Shown here in pieces: positions 1 to 9,440 of a stretch of DNA of 37,637 nucleotides. Below the pieces are notes generated by a model. It was given only the letters and a program-made list of their open reading frames with translations, was not told the DNA's origin and did no database searches. The stretch is from Gemmatimonadota bacterium (GTDB lineage: Bacteria > Gemmatimonadota > Gemmatimonadetes > Palauibacterales > Palauibacteraceae). The position numbers were made by a program, and so were the translations under genes. Each line of letters starts with the position of its first letter. The first letter of the stretch is position 1. The stretch is taken from assembly GCA_039588275.1 (NCBI GenBank), contig JBDHAC010000030.1, positions 1 to 37,637 on the forward strand. The letters are read 5' to 3'.

Positions 1-2
1 AG

Positions 3-212
3 GCTCGCAGAACCGGGCTCGGTCCGCCGTCGGTTCGGCGGTACGGCCGTACCGCTGCGGCCACCGTGATCATGCTGGTCGCTTTGATTCCACTCCGCTC
101 CGCGACGCCGGTCCTTTCGATCCCGATCGGAATCGTCGCGTACGCGGTCGGACTCTGGGCGGTGGGTGGACTCAGCTGGCGCCGGGGAGAGCGCCCGGCA
201 CTATCGGTGTGA
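3..212 (+). CDS. C-terminal end of a membrane protein, probably a Wzx-like flippase/polysaccharide biosynthesis protein (5' partial)
   Basis: Frame 3 is open from the window edge to TGA at 210-212 and reads ARRTGLGPPSVRRYGRTAAATVIMLVALIPLRSATPVLSIPIGIVAYAVGLWAVGG... Two hydrophobic helices like a flippase C-terminus; glycosylation-locus context. Confidence 0.5.
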   Translation, partial: ARRTGLGPPSVRRYGRTAAATVIMLVALIPLRSATPVLSIPIGIVAYAVGLWAVGGLSWRRGERPALSV

Positions 213-456
213 GCGGGTCCTGCATGACGACCGGATCGGCACGCGGATGTTGCGGACATCCAACAGTGGGCTCGGATCCCCGCCGCGTCGGCGACCCGCG
301 GCAGAGGGTATGTATCCCCTCAACTCGCGCGCCGAGCGTGGATAGCCCTCGCGCACTCGCGGGATCCGACCGGCTCCCGTCCGAGTCCGTGTCTTGCCGG
401 AAAGAAGCGCGTCCGAGACCGCGGTGGCTTTGAATGGAGCTAGGAAAAGATCACTG

Positions 457-1821
457 ATGCTAGGCCGCCTGGATACGCCGGCTAACCACCGACGCCTGTT
501 CTGGATCTGCCTGATCGGCATCGTGAGCGGGACGTTGGCAGGTATCGTCGTTCCCGCTGGATCGGGGTGGGACTTCGCCAACTTCTACGATACGGGGCGG
601 CGTGTCGCGGCCGGCCAAGTTGGGTCCATCTACGACAGCGCTAGCCGGATCGGGGGCGAGGCACCACAGGGATCCATGCAATTCTGGGGAACGCCCCTGT
701 CGGCCTACCTGTATGCTCCGATGGCCGTCCTTCGCCCCGGTGCGGCCCTCGTCGCCTTCAAGATCGAAACCGCGCTCGCGCTGTTTCTGGCGCTCGGCTT
801 CCTGTTCCTGTGGATCGCGCGCTTCCGTGAGCAGCCCGACGGGTCGTTGATGCGATTCGCCGCCGTCTTCGTCTTTCTGGCCCTGTTGTATCAACCGTTC
901 TGGACGGTGTTCCGCGTCGGTGGGCAGACGACGCCCACCGCCTTCCTGTTGCTCTGCGGTGCGTTATTGGCTCATTGTCGCGGGCGCTTCCTCATCTCGT
1001 GGTTGCTGTTCGGCATGGCGGTGCTGATCAAGCCCTTCCTGATCGTGGGCCTCGCGTTTCTCGCGCTTTCCTCGGGCTGGAAGGCCTTCCGCACTGCCGT
1101 CCTCGTGGCGGTTCTGTTCGGCGTGGTATCGCTCCTCGCCGTAGGGTGGGATCTCCATGCCCGGTTCGTATCGCGGATGCTCACGGGCCCGGACGAGCTA
1201 AAAGACTGGTGGTTCAACAGCTCGCTCACCTTGCCCTTTCACTACCTCGGGACCCTGATCGGAGGAGGGGAGTCGGACGGCGTATCCGAGACGCTGAGCG
1301 TGGCCCTTCGTTTGGCAGCGGTGGGAGCCGTACTCCTGATCGGTCTTCGGATCGTGACGCGCGCGCGTCGTCTCCCCACGGATGCTCGGCTGCACCTCAC
1401 GTTCATCGTGGCCGTCACGGTCGGAGTGCTCGCATCGCCGATCGTTTGGGAGCACTACGTGGCGTTTCTGTTTCCGCTTTTCGCATTCATCGTGGCGGCC
1501 CGCCACGAGCTCGGGCCCGGACCGCTGAAGCTGGCGCTCGCTGCCGTCATCCTGTGCCTTGGACAGAACCTCGTGCTCGCCCTGGCGCTGGCGGACCTGG
1601 TCGGTAGGGAAGGCACGGCGGTGAACCTGGTGGCCAGCATTCTGAAGAGCAGCCCTTGCTGGTTGGCGGCATGGATCCTGTGGCGCTATCCGGAAGAGCT
1701 ACAGGATACCCACGCGCGGCTCGCTGATCGGATTCGACTCCCCCTTTGGCACGAGGTGCGAGCTCACCGAGAGGCGCCGGGGCTGACCGGTCAGGCGAGC
1801 GCCGGGGGAGGCGTGCTGTGA
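457..1821 (+). CDS. GT87/DUF2029 family GT-C glycosyltransferase (polyprenyl-phosphate-sugar dependent)
   Basis: Multi-TM protein with WDFANFY, GQTT, IKPF, NSSL and SPIVWEHY motifs typical of GT87. Start placed at ATG 457 after AGGAAAAGA. Confidence 0.8.
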   Translation: MLGRLDTPANHRRLFWICLIGIVSGTLAGIVVPAGSGWDFANFYDTGRRVAAGQVGSIYDSASRIGGEAPQGSMQFWGTPLSAYLYAPMAVLRPGAALVAFKIETALALFLALGFLFLWIARFREQPDGSLMRFAAVFVFLALLYQPFWTVFRVGGQTTPTAFLLLCGALLAHCRGRFLISWLLFGMAVLIKPFLIVGLAFLALSSGWKAFRTAVLVAVLFGVVSLLAVGWDLHARFVSRMLTGPDELKDWWFNSSLTLPFHYLGTLIGGGESDGVSETLSVALRLAAVGAVLLIGLRIVTRARRLPTDARLHLTFIVAVTVGVLASPIVWEHYVAFLFPLFAFIVAARHELGPGPLKLALAAVILCLGQNLVLALALADLVGREGTAVNLVASILKSSPCWLAAWILWRYPEELQDTHARLADRIRLPLWHEVRAHREAPGLTGQASAGGGVL

Positions 1822-3845
1822 GCCAGGACGTGCTCGATGTAGTTCTGTTCACCGGCGGTCGTGGCTCGGATCTGATGACGCGCGAGCTCGTCAGGGATCC
1901 GCGGGTGCGTCTCACGCTGATCGTGAACGGATACGACGATGGCAAGTCGACCGGTGAAGTGCGCCGTTTCCTCGGTGACTCTCTGGGCCCATCAGACTTT
2001 CGCAAGAACGCGCGTCGCCTCGCGGCGGAGCTGGGTACATCCCCACCAGAGCTCCTGGAGCTCCTCGCTGAGCGCCTTCCCCATGGCTGCGGGTCCGAGG
2101 AGGCGCGCTCCCGACTCGAGGCGCTCGCGCACAGCGCGGGGCACGGCCACGTGGAGGGCGCCGCGTATGGGCTCGAGACGCTGGACGCGTCTCTGCGCGG
2201 TGCGGTCGGAGGGTACTTGGAGCGGTTTGTCGAGGAGTACGATTCGAGCTCGAACCCGTTCTCGTTCTCGGATTGCAGTCTCGGCAACCTGGTGTTCGCC
2301 GGGTGCTTCCTCGACGCAGGCCGAGACTTCAACACCGCGGTTGCCAGGTACTGTGCCCTTCTCGGTCTTCCCGAAGGCCTCGTCGAGAACGTGACGGATG
2401 GCCGCAACCTGTACCTCATAGGGCTCACGGAAGATCGGCAGGTCATGGCCAGCGAGGCGGATATCGTGGATGCTACTCAACCGAGCCGCATCCACGACAT
2501 CTTTCTGTTGGACGAGCCGCCCACGTCCGCTGAGATCGCGAGGATCCGGGCGGGAAGTCTCGAGGAGGCACAGGCGGCGCTCGCGGCTCGCTCCGGGGAT
2601 CTGCGTCCGAACCCGCGAGTACTGGCGAGGCTACGCGATGCGGATCTGATCATCTATGCGCCCGGCACGCAGCACTCGAGCCTGTTCCCCTCGTACATCA
2701 CGCCGGGCGTGGGGGAGGCGATCGGGAGCAACCTGAAGGCCAGGAAGTTGCTCGTCACGAACATCCAGGAGGATGCCGAGACCGCCGAGACCAGCGCGGT
2801 CGAGATCCTCGATCGTGCACAATATTACCTGCGCGAGAAGGACCGAACGCAGATCCCGACGCCGTGTCTTATCACGCACTATGTCATCAACGACCCCGAG
2901 GTCGATGACGCGGAGGTCCCGTATGTCCGGCTCGGTCCCCTGGAGAGCCTCGAGGACCCGCGCCTCGTGAGGATCGGCCAATACGAGGAAGCCGTGTCGG
3001 GACGCCACGACGCCAAGAAAGTGGTTGTTCCCTTCGTACAGTCGTTGCTCGCTCCACAGGCCGTGCCTCGCATAGCCGCCTTTCTGCTGGAGACCGATTC
3101 GCACAACAAGATCTCGCAGACGGTCCTGGAGTCCCTCCGTGGGGGGGTTTCGGACCTACCCATCAGGTTCACGTTCTTCTATGACAGCCCACTCTCTCTC
3201 GACGCGCATTTCGTCGAGGGGCTCCCGTTTGACCTCCGCAACCTCAAGGCTGACGGGGGGGACACCCGCGACGCCGTGCTGGAGATCTGCCGCGACCCCG
3301 CGTTCGACTACGTCCTCCTGTTCGAGTCCTCGGGGATGTATCGCGGGGAGGACATCGTGAGCCTCGCCTCTCATCTGACGTGGGGGAGGCTCGATGCCGT
3401 ATGGGGGAGCCGTCGTCTATCCGTGCGCGACATCCAGGAGTCGTACAAGTTCCGCTTTCGCAGACGACGGCTCTTGGGAGCCATCAGTTACCTCGGCAGC
3501 CATCTCCTCAGCCTGGCGTACCTGGCGCTGTACGGCCGGTACATTACGGACACGCTCTCGGGTATCCGTGCGGTCCGGAGAGAATATCTGGACGACCGTA
3601 GGATCGATCTGAACAGCAGGGTCTTCAACCAGCAGCTTCTCTCGAAGATTCTGAGCGAAGACGGTGAGATCTTCGAGCTTCCCGTACGCTTCCTACCCAT
3701 CTCGCCGAAGCTCGTCCGCCGCACGACGGTACGCGATGGCCTGACGTCGATTCTGACGATCGCGCGCTGGCGGATTCGGGGTCGGCCGGAGAGGGAGTCT
3801 GGCCCTCTTCCACCGTCAGACGACGCTCCCCCGACCAGCCCGTGA
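1818..3845 (+). CDS. YvcK/CofD (UPF0052) family domain fused to a C-terminal GT2-like domain
   Basis: N-terminal motifs FTGGRG, YDDGKSTG, PSDFRK, CSLGNL, ADLIIYAPGTQHSS. C-terminal motifs DAVWGSRR, ITDTLSG, IFELPVRF. GTG start overlaps the upstream stop (GTGA). Confidence 0.8.
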   Translation: MSQDVLDVVLFTGGRGSDLMTRELVRDPRVRLTLIVNGYDDGKSTGEVRRFLGDSLGPSDFRKNARRLAAELGTSPPELLELLAERLPHGCGSEEARSRLEALAHSAGHGHVEGAAYGLETLDASLRGAVGGYLERFVEEYDSSSNPFSFSDCSLGNLVFAGCFLDAGRDFNTAVARYCALLGLPEGLVENVTDGRNLYLIGLTEDRQVMASEADIVDATQPSRIHDIFLLDEPPTSAEIARIRAGSLEEAQAALAARSGDLRPNPRVLARLRDADLIIYAPGTQHSSLFPSYITPGVGEAIGSNLKARKLLVTNIQEDAETAETSAVEILDRAQYYLREKDRTQIPTPCLITHYVINDPEVDDAEVPYVRLGPLESLEDPRLVRIGQYEEAVSGRHDAKKVVVPFVQSLLAPQAVPRIAAFLLETDSHNKISQTVLESLRGGVSDLPIRFTFFYDSPLSLDAHFVEGLPFDLRNLKADGGDTRDAVLEICRDPAFDYVLLFESSGMYRGEDIVSLASHLTWGRLDAVWGSRRLSVRDIQESYKFRFRRRRLLGAISYLGSHLLSLAYLALYGRYITDTLSGIRAVRREYLDDRRIDLNSRVFNQQLLSKILSEDGEIFELPVRFLPISPKLVRRTTVRDGLTSILTIARWRIRGRPERESGPLPPSDDAPPTSP

Positions 3846-4504
3846 CGGGAAGCGTGGCAGGACCGCCGGCGTTCGATGCGATCGCCTTCGACATGGATGG
3901 CGTGTTGGTGGATACCGAGGCATGTCACCGGCGGGCCTTCGAGGCGCTGTGGCGCCACGTGGGAGTCGAGGGGCCGACCTACGCCACGATCGCGGGTCGA
4001 CCCACGACCAGCGTCGTCCGCGAGGTGACGGGGGTGCTCGGTCCGGCGGAGCCGCTGCTTTTGGAGTGGGTGGCCATGAAGCAACGACTCGCCCGTGAGT
4101 GTATTGCGCGCGACGATATCGCCTTCGAAGACACCCCGTTGACGATCCCAAGGCTCGGTCGCCTCTATCGAATGGCCATCGTGACGGGCGGCTCGGAGCA
4201 GACCGTCGTCGGCACGCTCGACCGCTACGACCTCGCCAGGTGGTTCGAGACGGTCGTCACGGCGGCGGATGTGGAGAGCGGGAAACCCTCTCCCGACGGT
4301 TATCTTCGCGCCATGGAACGATTGGGGGCAGACCCGCAACATACGCTGGTCGTTGAAGACAGCTCGAACGGGTTGAAGGCGGGGCTCGCATCCGGCGCGC
4401 GAGTAGTCAGCGTTCGAAGCGGCTTGGTCGAGGAGCACCCCGGTTTCCTCGGCGCGTTCTCGTCGCTCGGGGAGTTGATCGACGGACTCGGGCTGTTGGC
4501 GTGA
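3842..4504 (+). CDS. HAD-IA family hydrolase (beta-phosphoglucomutase-like phosphatase/mutase)
   Basis: Motif I FDMDGVLVDTE, GKPSPDGY and VVEDS; GTGA coupling to both neighbours. Confidence 0.9.
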   Translation: MTGSVAGPPAFDAIAFDMDGVLVDTEACHRRAFEALWRHVGVEGPTYATIAGRPTTSVVREVTGVLGPAEPLLLEWVAMKQRLARECIARDDIAFEDTPLTIPRLGRLYRMAIVTGGSEQTVVGTLDRYDLARWFETVVTAADVESGKPSPDGYLRAMERLGADPQHTLVVEDSSNGLKAGLASGARVVSVRSGLVEEHPGFLGAFSSLGELIDGLGLLA

Positions 4505-5274
4505 GCGAGCGAATCCTCCTCGTGCCGGCCGCGGGACTCGGAAGTCGGCTCCGCTCGACCCTGCCGAAGGTGCTGGTCCCCGTGGGTGGTCGCCCGATGG
4601 TCGATCACCTCGTACAGCTCTATCGGCCCGTGGTGGACCGGATCATCCTCGTTCTCTCACCTTCCGCGCTGGGGTCGGTGCGCGAACACTGCGCCGCGCA
4701 CGACGTCGAGATGGAGTTCTGTATTCAGGAAGCCCCAACCGGCATGCTGGATGCCATCCGGACTCCCGCCGGACGCGTTGCGCAAATCGACCCTGGCGAT
4801 GTCTGGATCACGTGGTGCGATCAGGTAGCCGTCAGTCCTCGAACGGTGGAACAGCTCACGGAAGCAGCGGCTGGGGCGCCTGAGGCGGCCATGATTCTGC
4901 CCACCGTAGAGCGCCGTGAGCCATACATCCATTTCGTGCGGACGTCCGATGGAACCATCGTTGACGTGCTCCATCGACGGGAGGGCGACCGCATGCCCGA
5001 CGTGGGGGAGAGCGACATGGGACTGTTTCGGCTTTCGACGCCCGCCTACCTGAGATCGCTCGCGGAGTACGCGGATCTGGCGCCCGTCTCGGCCGTCACG
5101 GGTGAGCGGAATTTCCTGCCGTTCATTCCCTGGCTGGCGGACCGCGACTCGCTCGTGACGATTCGTGTGCGGGACCCCATGGAATCGGTGGGCATCAACA
5201 CTCCCGAAGAGCTCCTGCGAGTCGAGGAGCACCTCGCCCAGCGTGGCGAGGCGAAAGAGGCAGGCAAGGCGTGA
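4501..5274 (+). CDS. Sugar-phosphate nucleotidyltransferase (GlmU N-terminal/MobA-like NTP transferase, no acetyltransferase domain)
   Basis: PAAGLGSRL...LPKVLVPVGGRPM, WCDQ and GINTPEEL motifs. Confidence 0.85.
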   Translation: MSERILLVPAAGLGSRLRSTLPKVLVPVGGRPMVDHLVQLYRPVVDRIILVLSPSALGSVREHCAAHDVEMEFCIQEAPTGMLDAIRTPAGRVAQIDPGDVWITWCDQVAVSPRTVEQLTEAAAGAPEAAMILPTVERREPYIHFVRTSDGTIVDVLHRREGDRMPDVGESDMGLFRLSTPAYLRSLAEYADLAPVSAVTGERNFLPFIPWLADRDSLVTIRVRDPMESVGINTPEELLRVEEHLAQRGEAKEAGKA

Positions 5275-5996
5275 ACGCGCTCTCGGTCGTCATTCCGGCG
5301 TACAACGAGGAGCGGTTCATCGGGGCCCTCATCGAGAAGGTGCTCTCGGTGGATCTCTCCGAGTTCGCGCTCGAGCGGGAGGTGCTCGTCATAGACGATT
5401 GCTCCTCGGATCGGACGGCGGAGATCGCTTCCGGGTTCGAGGAGATTCGACTGATCCGTCGCGCGGAGAACGGCGGCAAGGGCGAGGCTGTCAAGATGGG
5501 GATCGCGGCGGCGACAGGGAACTACATCATCATCCAGGACGCCGACCTGGAGTACGATCCGGACGACTACCGGCCGATGCTACGTGCACTCCTCACGGAC
5601 GGAGCAGATGCCGTCTACGGCAGCCGGTACATCAAAGACCCCGGCAGGGGGTGGCTATTCAACCTCCTGGCGGGCAAGCATGCCGGTCAATCACTTGCCG
5701 CGTACGTGGGCGGTCGCAGCCTGAGCATCGTCGCATCGATCTTCACGGGCCGCTATCTGACCGATACCGTCACGGCCCTGAAGCTGTTTCGGCGCGAGGT
5801 CGTCCAGCCGCTCAGGCTCGAGACGCACGGCTTCGAGCTGGATCACGAGATCTCCGCCAGGCTGCTCGCGGCCGGGCATTCGATCGTGGAAGTCCCGATA
5901 CAATACTTCCCACGTAGCCGTGAAGAGGGAAAAAAGATCGGACTCCGTGATTGGTTCAAGGCCATCTCTACTTTCGCTCGATACCGGAAGGGCTGA
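5271..5996 (+). CDS. GT2 glycosyltransferase, DPM1-like (polyprenol-phosphate glycosyltransferase)
   Basis: SVVIPAYNEE, IDDCSSD, NGGKG, QDADLEYDP, VYGSRY and EGKKI motifs. Confidence 0.9.
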   Translation: MNALSVVIPAYNEERFIGALIEKVLSVDLSEFALEREVLVIDDCSSDRTAEIASGFEEIRLIRRAENGGKGEAVKMGIAAATGNYIIIQDADLEYDPDDYRPMLRALLTDGADAVYGSRYIKDPGRGWLFNLLAGKHAGQSLAAYVGGRSLSIVASIFTGRYLTDTVTALKLFRREVVQPLRLETHGFELDHEISARLLAAGHSIVEVPIQYFPRSREEGKKIGLRDWFKAISTFARYRKG

Positions 5997-5999
5997 TCC

Positions 6000-7850
6000 A
6001 TGGTGACGAGCGGATCGGGTCAGGGCACGAGCGCGAAGCGGCAAGTCATCCTACTTGCGGTGTGGTTCGGCCTGGTCGCGGGTCTCCTCGAGGTCGCGGT
6101 TCTGGCGTGGCAACACACGAACCGGCCGATCGCGGAACTGAGCCGCGACTACGTGTGGATGACGCCCGTGGCGGTGACCGCGATGTGCCTCGGGGCCGGA
6201 TTGCTCGGGCTCGCGATCGCGGCGGTCACACGTCGCCTGTCCGCGACCCGCTGTGCCCTCTTCCTGGTCGCCTCGACGGCGTCGCTCGAGCTGCTCCTCC
6301 TCGTGCCTCGGGTCCACCAAGCGGCCGCGGCGCTGCTCGCGCTCGGGATCGGATATCAGGTGATGCGCGCCCTGAGCCGACATGCCATGGGCTTCCGCAC
6401 GGTGGCCCGGAGGTCGCTGGTGTTGCTGGTCGCCTTGCCTCTCATCTTCGGCATATGGGTGCGCGCCGGGCGGGCGCTTGCGGAGCGCCGAGCCATCGCG
6501 GATCTGGGGGCGGCGCATCCAGATGCGGCGAACGTGGTCCTGATCACGTTGGACACGGCCCGGGCTCGCAATATGAGCCTGTACGGATACGAACGGCCTA
6601 CGACACCCGAGTTGGAGGGGATGGGTGTCGCAGGCGTGGTATTCGAGCAAGCGCTGTCGACCTCCTCGTGGACCCTACCTGCCCACGCGAGCTTGTTCAC
6701 CGGTCGATGGCATCACGAGATCTCCGCCGACTACGAGGTTCCGCTCGACGACCGCTTCCCGACTCTCGCGGAACGGCTCCAATCCCGCGGCTACCTGACT
6801 GCCGGATTCGTCGCGAACCTTCGGTACTGCGGCTACGAAACCGGCCTCGACCGCGGATTCATCCACTACGAGGACTACAAGCCGACGCTCGGGCAGTTCG
6901 CACTCAGCGCGACGATCCTCGAATCCATCGTCACCAACTTCCGGCTCCGCAGTCTGCTCCGTAACGACCAGCACCCCAACCGCAAGGTGGCCGACGATCT
7001 CAACGATGCAGTGATCGAGTGGTTGCGTCGCCCCCGTGATCGTCCCTACTTCCTCTTCCTCAACTACTTCGACACTCACGAGCCGTACCTGCCCCCGGAA
7101 CCGTTCGATCGACATTTCGGCCCGGGACGAGAGAGAGGGCGCTACAGCCCTCTGCACCGCTGGCTCTATGATCCGGCCGCCGGACATTCGAACATGGGCG
7201 AGCGGGAGATCAAGGAAGAGATCGACGCCTACGATGGCGCCCTCGCATACCTGGATGACCGGATCGGTCGCTTGATGGCCGAACTCCGCCGACTGGATCC
7301 CGATCGCGAAACGCTGATCGTGATCACGTCAGATCACGGCGAGGAGTTCGGCGAGCACGGAGTGTTCGAGCACGGGTATAGCCTTTACCGACCCGGCGTC
7401 CGTGTCCCGCTCCTCATCTCGTTCGGGGACCGGATCCCGCACGGACTCAGGATCGGTGCGCCGGTCAGTATTCGAGACGTACCCGCGACCATCATGGACC
7501 TCTTGGGCCTCGACGGCGTGCGCGACCTGGGCGGCCAGTCCCTTCGCAGACATTGGTCCTCGGACGGGGAAGAACCCCTCGGTGCGGTTACCCTGGACGA
7601 CTCGTCGTCGCCGATCTTCTCCCAGGTCAATGGAGTGACCGGGCAGCCCGACTGGTTCCCTGTCAGCAAGGGGGATATGAAGTCCGTCGTCTATCGAGGC
7701 ATGCGGTATATTCGTAACGGCGACGGCACCGAAGAACTGTACGAGTATCGCGAAGACGCGAACGAGACTCGGGATCTCGCCGGAGAGCCCCGGTATCAGT
7801 CCGTCTTGGATGTGGCACGCACCCTGCTACCTAGGGAAGGGGGACGCTGA
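6000..7850 (+). CDS. Membrane-anchored sulfatase-like hydrolase/transferase (alkaline phosphatase superfamily)
   Basis: About 5 N-terminal TM segments, then NVVLITLDTAR, SWTLPAHASLFTG, YFDTHEPY, TSDHGEEFGEHG and EELY. Confidence 0.85.
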   Translation: MVTSGSGQGTSAKRQVILLAVWFGLVAGLLEVAVLAWQHTNRPIAELSRDYVWMTPVAVTAMCLGAGLLGLAIAAVTRRLSATRCALFLVASTASLELLLLVPRVHQAAAALLALGIGYQVMRALSRHAMGFRTVARRSLVLLVALPLIFGIWVRAGRALAERRAIADLGAAHPDAANVVLITLDTARARNMSLYGYERPTTPELEGMGVAGVVFEQALSTSSWTLPAHASLFTGRWHHEISADYEVPLDDRFPTLAERLQSRGYLTAGFVANLRYCGYETGLDRGFIHYEDYKPTLGQFALSATILESIVTNFRLRSLLRNDQHPNRKVADDLNDAVIEWLRRPRDRPYFLFLNYFDTHEPYLPPEPFDRHFGPGRERGRYSPLHRWLYDPAAGHSNMGEREIKEEIDAYDGALAYLDDRIGRLMAELRRLDPDRETLIVITSDHGEEFGEHGVFEHGYSLYRPGVRVPLLISFGDRIPHGLRIGAPVSIRDVPATIMDLLGLDGVRDLGGQSLRRHWSSDGEEPLGAVTLDDSSSPIFSQVNGVTGQPDWFPVSKGDMKSVVYRGMRYIRNGDGTEELYEYREDANETRDLAGEPRYQSVLDVARTLLPREGGR

Positions 7851-7890
7851 GGTTTCATTGATGGTTTGGACCGGGAAGTGGTATCCATCG

Positions 7891-8487
7891 ATGGCAACCA
7901 GCCTAATCTACAGGCATATAGGGCTTTACCGCCTGGCCATGAATATCCTGTACCGGGGTCGGTACAGGGGCCGGTTCGAGCAGCTGTTTCAAGAGCTCGA
8001 CGGCCGGGGGCCTTCAGTCTGCGAGCTATGCTTTGGAGACCTGTACGTCGCCCGGTGGTGCCGCGCCAGGGGTCTCGACTGGATCGGCGTCGACGTCAAC
8101 CGTGGTTTTTGCCGTAGGGCTCGGCGCGCAGGCTTCCGGGTGATCGAAGGTGACGTGCTCGAGGTCGATCTACCCGAGGCGGACGTCTACGTGATGGCCG
8201 GGTCGTTGTATCATTTCCACGATCGCCTGGATGATCTATTCGACGCGGTCTTTCGACGAACGTCGCAATTCGTCCTGTCCGAGCCTGTCCGCAACCTGGC
8301 CGATCTCGGCGGCCCAATCGGCCGCCTGGCGCGAGAATCCGCGAACCCCGGTTCGAAGCCAGCGCCGGTACGGTACGACAAGCAGACGCTGCTGGAGGCC
8401 TTCTACGAACAGAAACGTCGCGTCGGTCTGCACGTTCGGCCCATGTTCAAAGGTCGAGACATGTTGATCCAGGCGACAAAGCCGTAG
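7891..8487 (+). CDS. Class I SAM-dependent methyltransferase-like protein
   Basis: Degenerate motif I (VCELCFGD), IGVDVN, IEGDVL and GSLYHF. Start uncertain (7861 or 7891). Confidence 0.65.
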   Translation: MATSLIYRHIGLYRLAMNILYRGRYRGRFEQLFQELDGRGPSVCELCFGDLYVARWCRARGLDWIGVDVNRGFCRRARRAGFRVIEGDVLEVDLPEADVYVMAGSLYHFHDRLDDLFDAVFRRTSQFVLSEPVRNLADLGGPIGRLARESANPGSKPAPVRYDKQTLLEAFYEQKRRVGLHVRPMFKGRDMLIQATKP

Positions 8488-9440
8488 TGGACCTGTCCAT
8501 TGTCGTCCCGGTCTATAACAGTGCGGAGTGCCTACCCGAGCTCGCTCGTCAGGTACGGCTCGCCGTCGCGGACCAGTTTGCACGCTTCGAGCTCATTCTC
8601 GTCGACGACTGTAGTCCTGACGACAGCTGGCGAGTGATCAGCGGCCTCGTCCCTTCCCACCCGGAGATCGTGGCGGTCCGCCTCCGGAAGAACGTAGGGC
8701 AGGACAACGCGATCATGGCGGGTCTGCACCAGGCTCGGGGCGACTGTGTCGTGATCATGGACGACGATCTGCAGCATGATCCCGAGGACATTCCGCACCT
8801 GTGCGCGAAGCTCAGGGACGGGTTCGATGTCGTGTTCGCGAGGTTTGGCGCCAAGCGCCAAGCCTGGTGGAAGAACCTCGGAAGCTGGTTCACGGACCGC
8901 GTCGCTACCGTATTGCTCCGGAAGCCAAGGGACATCTACCTGTCACCCTTCAAGGCGATCGGCCGCGACGTCGTGCGGGAACTGGTCAAGTACGACGGAC
9001 CGTTCACGTACGTCGACGGTCTCATTCTGACAGTGACGTCGAACCTCACCCAGATCGAGGCACAGCACCAATCGCGTTTCGCAGGCGAAAGCAACTACAA
9101 CCTCATCCGCTCGATTCGGGTCTGGCTGAAGCTGGCGACCAGTTTCTCGCTCGTGCCCCTCCGCATCGCGACCGTGACCGGGATGATCATCGCCGTCGTT
9201 TCCTTCCTGATGGCGACCTACTTCGTCATCGAGGCCCTTTTCCTCGCTCGGGCGCCCGAGGGCTGGCCATCGCTCATCGTGGCCGTGTTCTTCCTGGGGG
9301 GGATCCAGCTAATGGGGATCGGTGCGGTCGGGGAGTACATCGGGCGAATCTTCATCACACAGAACAAGCGGCCTCAGTTCACGATCAGGGAAGTCGTGCG
9401 AGGTCGTGAGCCGATGGCGGGTGGTGACACCTCGGGCTAG
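8487..9440 (+). CDS. GT2 glycosyltransferase, ArnC/GtrB-like with two C-terminal TM helices
   Basis: SIVVPVYNS, VDDCSPD, NVGQDNA, MDDDLQHDP and GEYIGRIF...RP motifs. Confidence 0.9.
   Translation: MDLSIVVPVYNSAECLPELARQVRLAVADQFARFELILVDDCSPDDSWRVISGLVPSHPEIVAVRLRKNVGQDNAIMAGLHQARGDCVVIMDDDLQHDPEDIPHLCAKLRDGFDVVFARFGAKRQAWWKNLGSWFTDRVATVLLRKPRDIYLSPFKAIGRDVVRELVKYDGPFTYVDGLILTVTSNLTQIEAQHQSRFAGESNYNLIRSIRVWLKLATSFSLVPLRIATVTGMIIAVVSFLMATYFVIEALFLARAPEGWPSLIVAVFFLGGIQLMGIGAVGEYIGRIFITQNKRPQFTIREVVRGREPMAGGDTSG

Noticed and set aside
209..433. 74-aa ORF between the flippase-like gene and GT87
   Set aside because: Low-complexity Arg/Pro/Ser composition with no recognisable motif; likely spurious despite the GTGA overlap.
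1818..5274. Coenzyme F420 biosynthesis (cofD/cofC)
   Set aside because: Motifs are closer to YvcK-type, the protein is fused to a GT2-like domain, no cofE/G/H is nearby, and the context is glycan synthesis.
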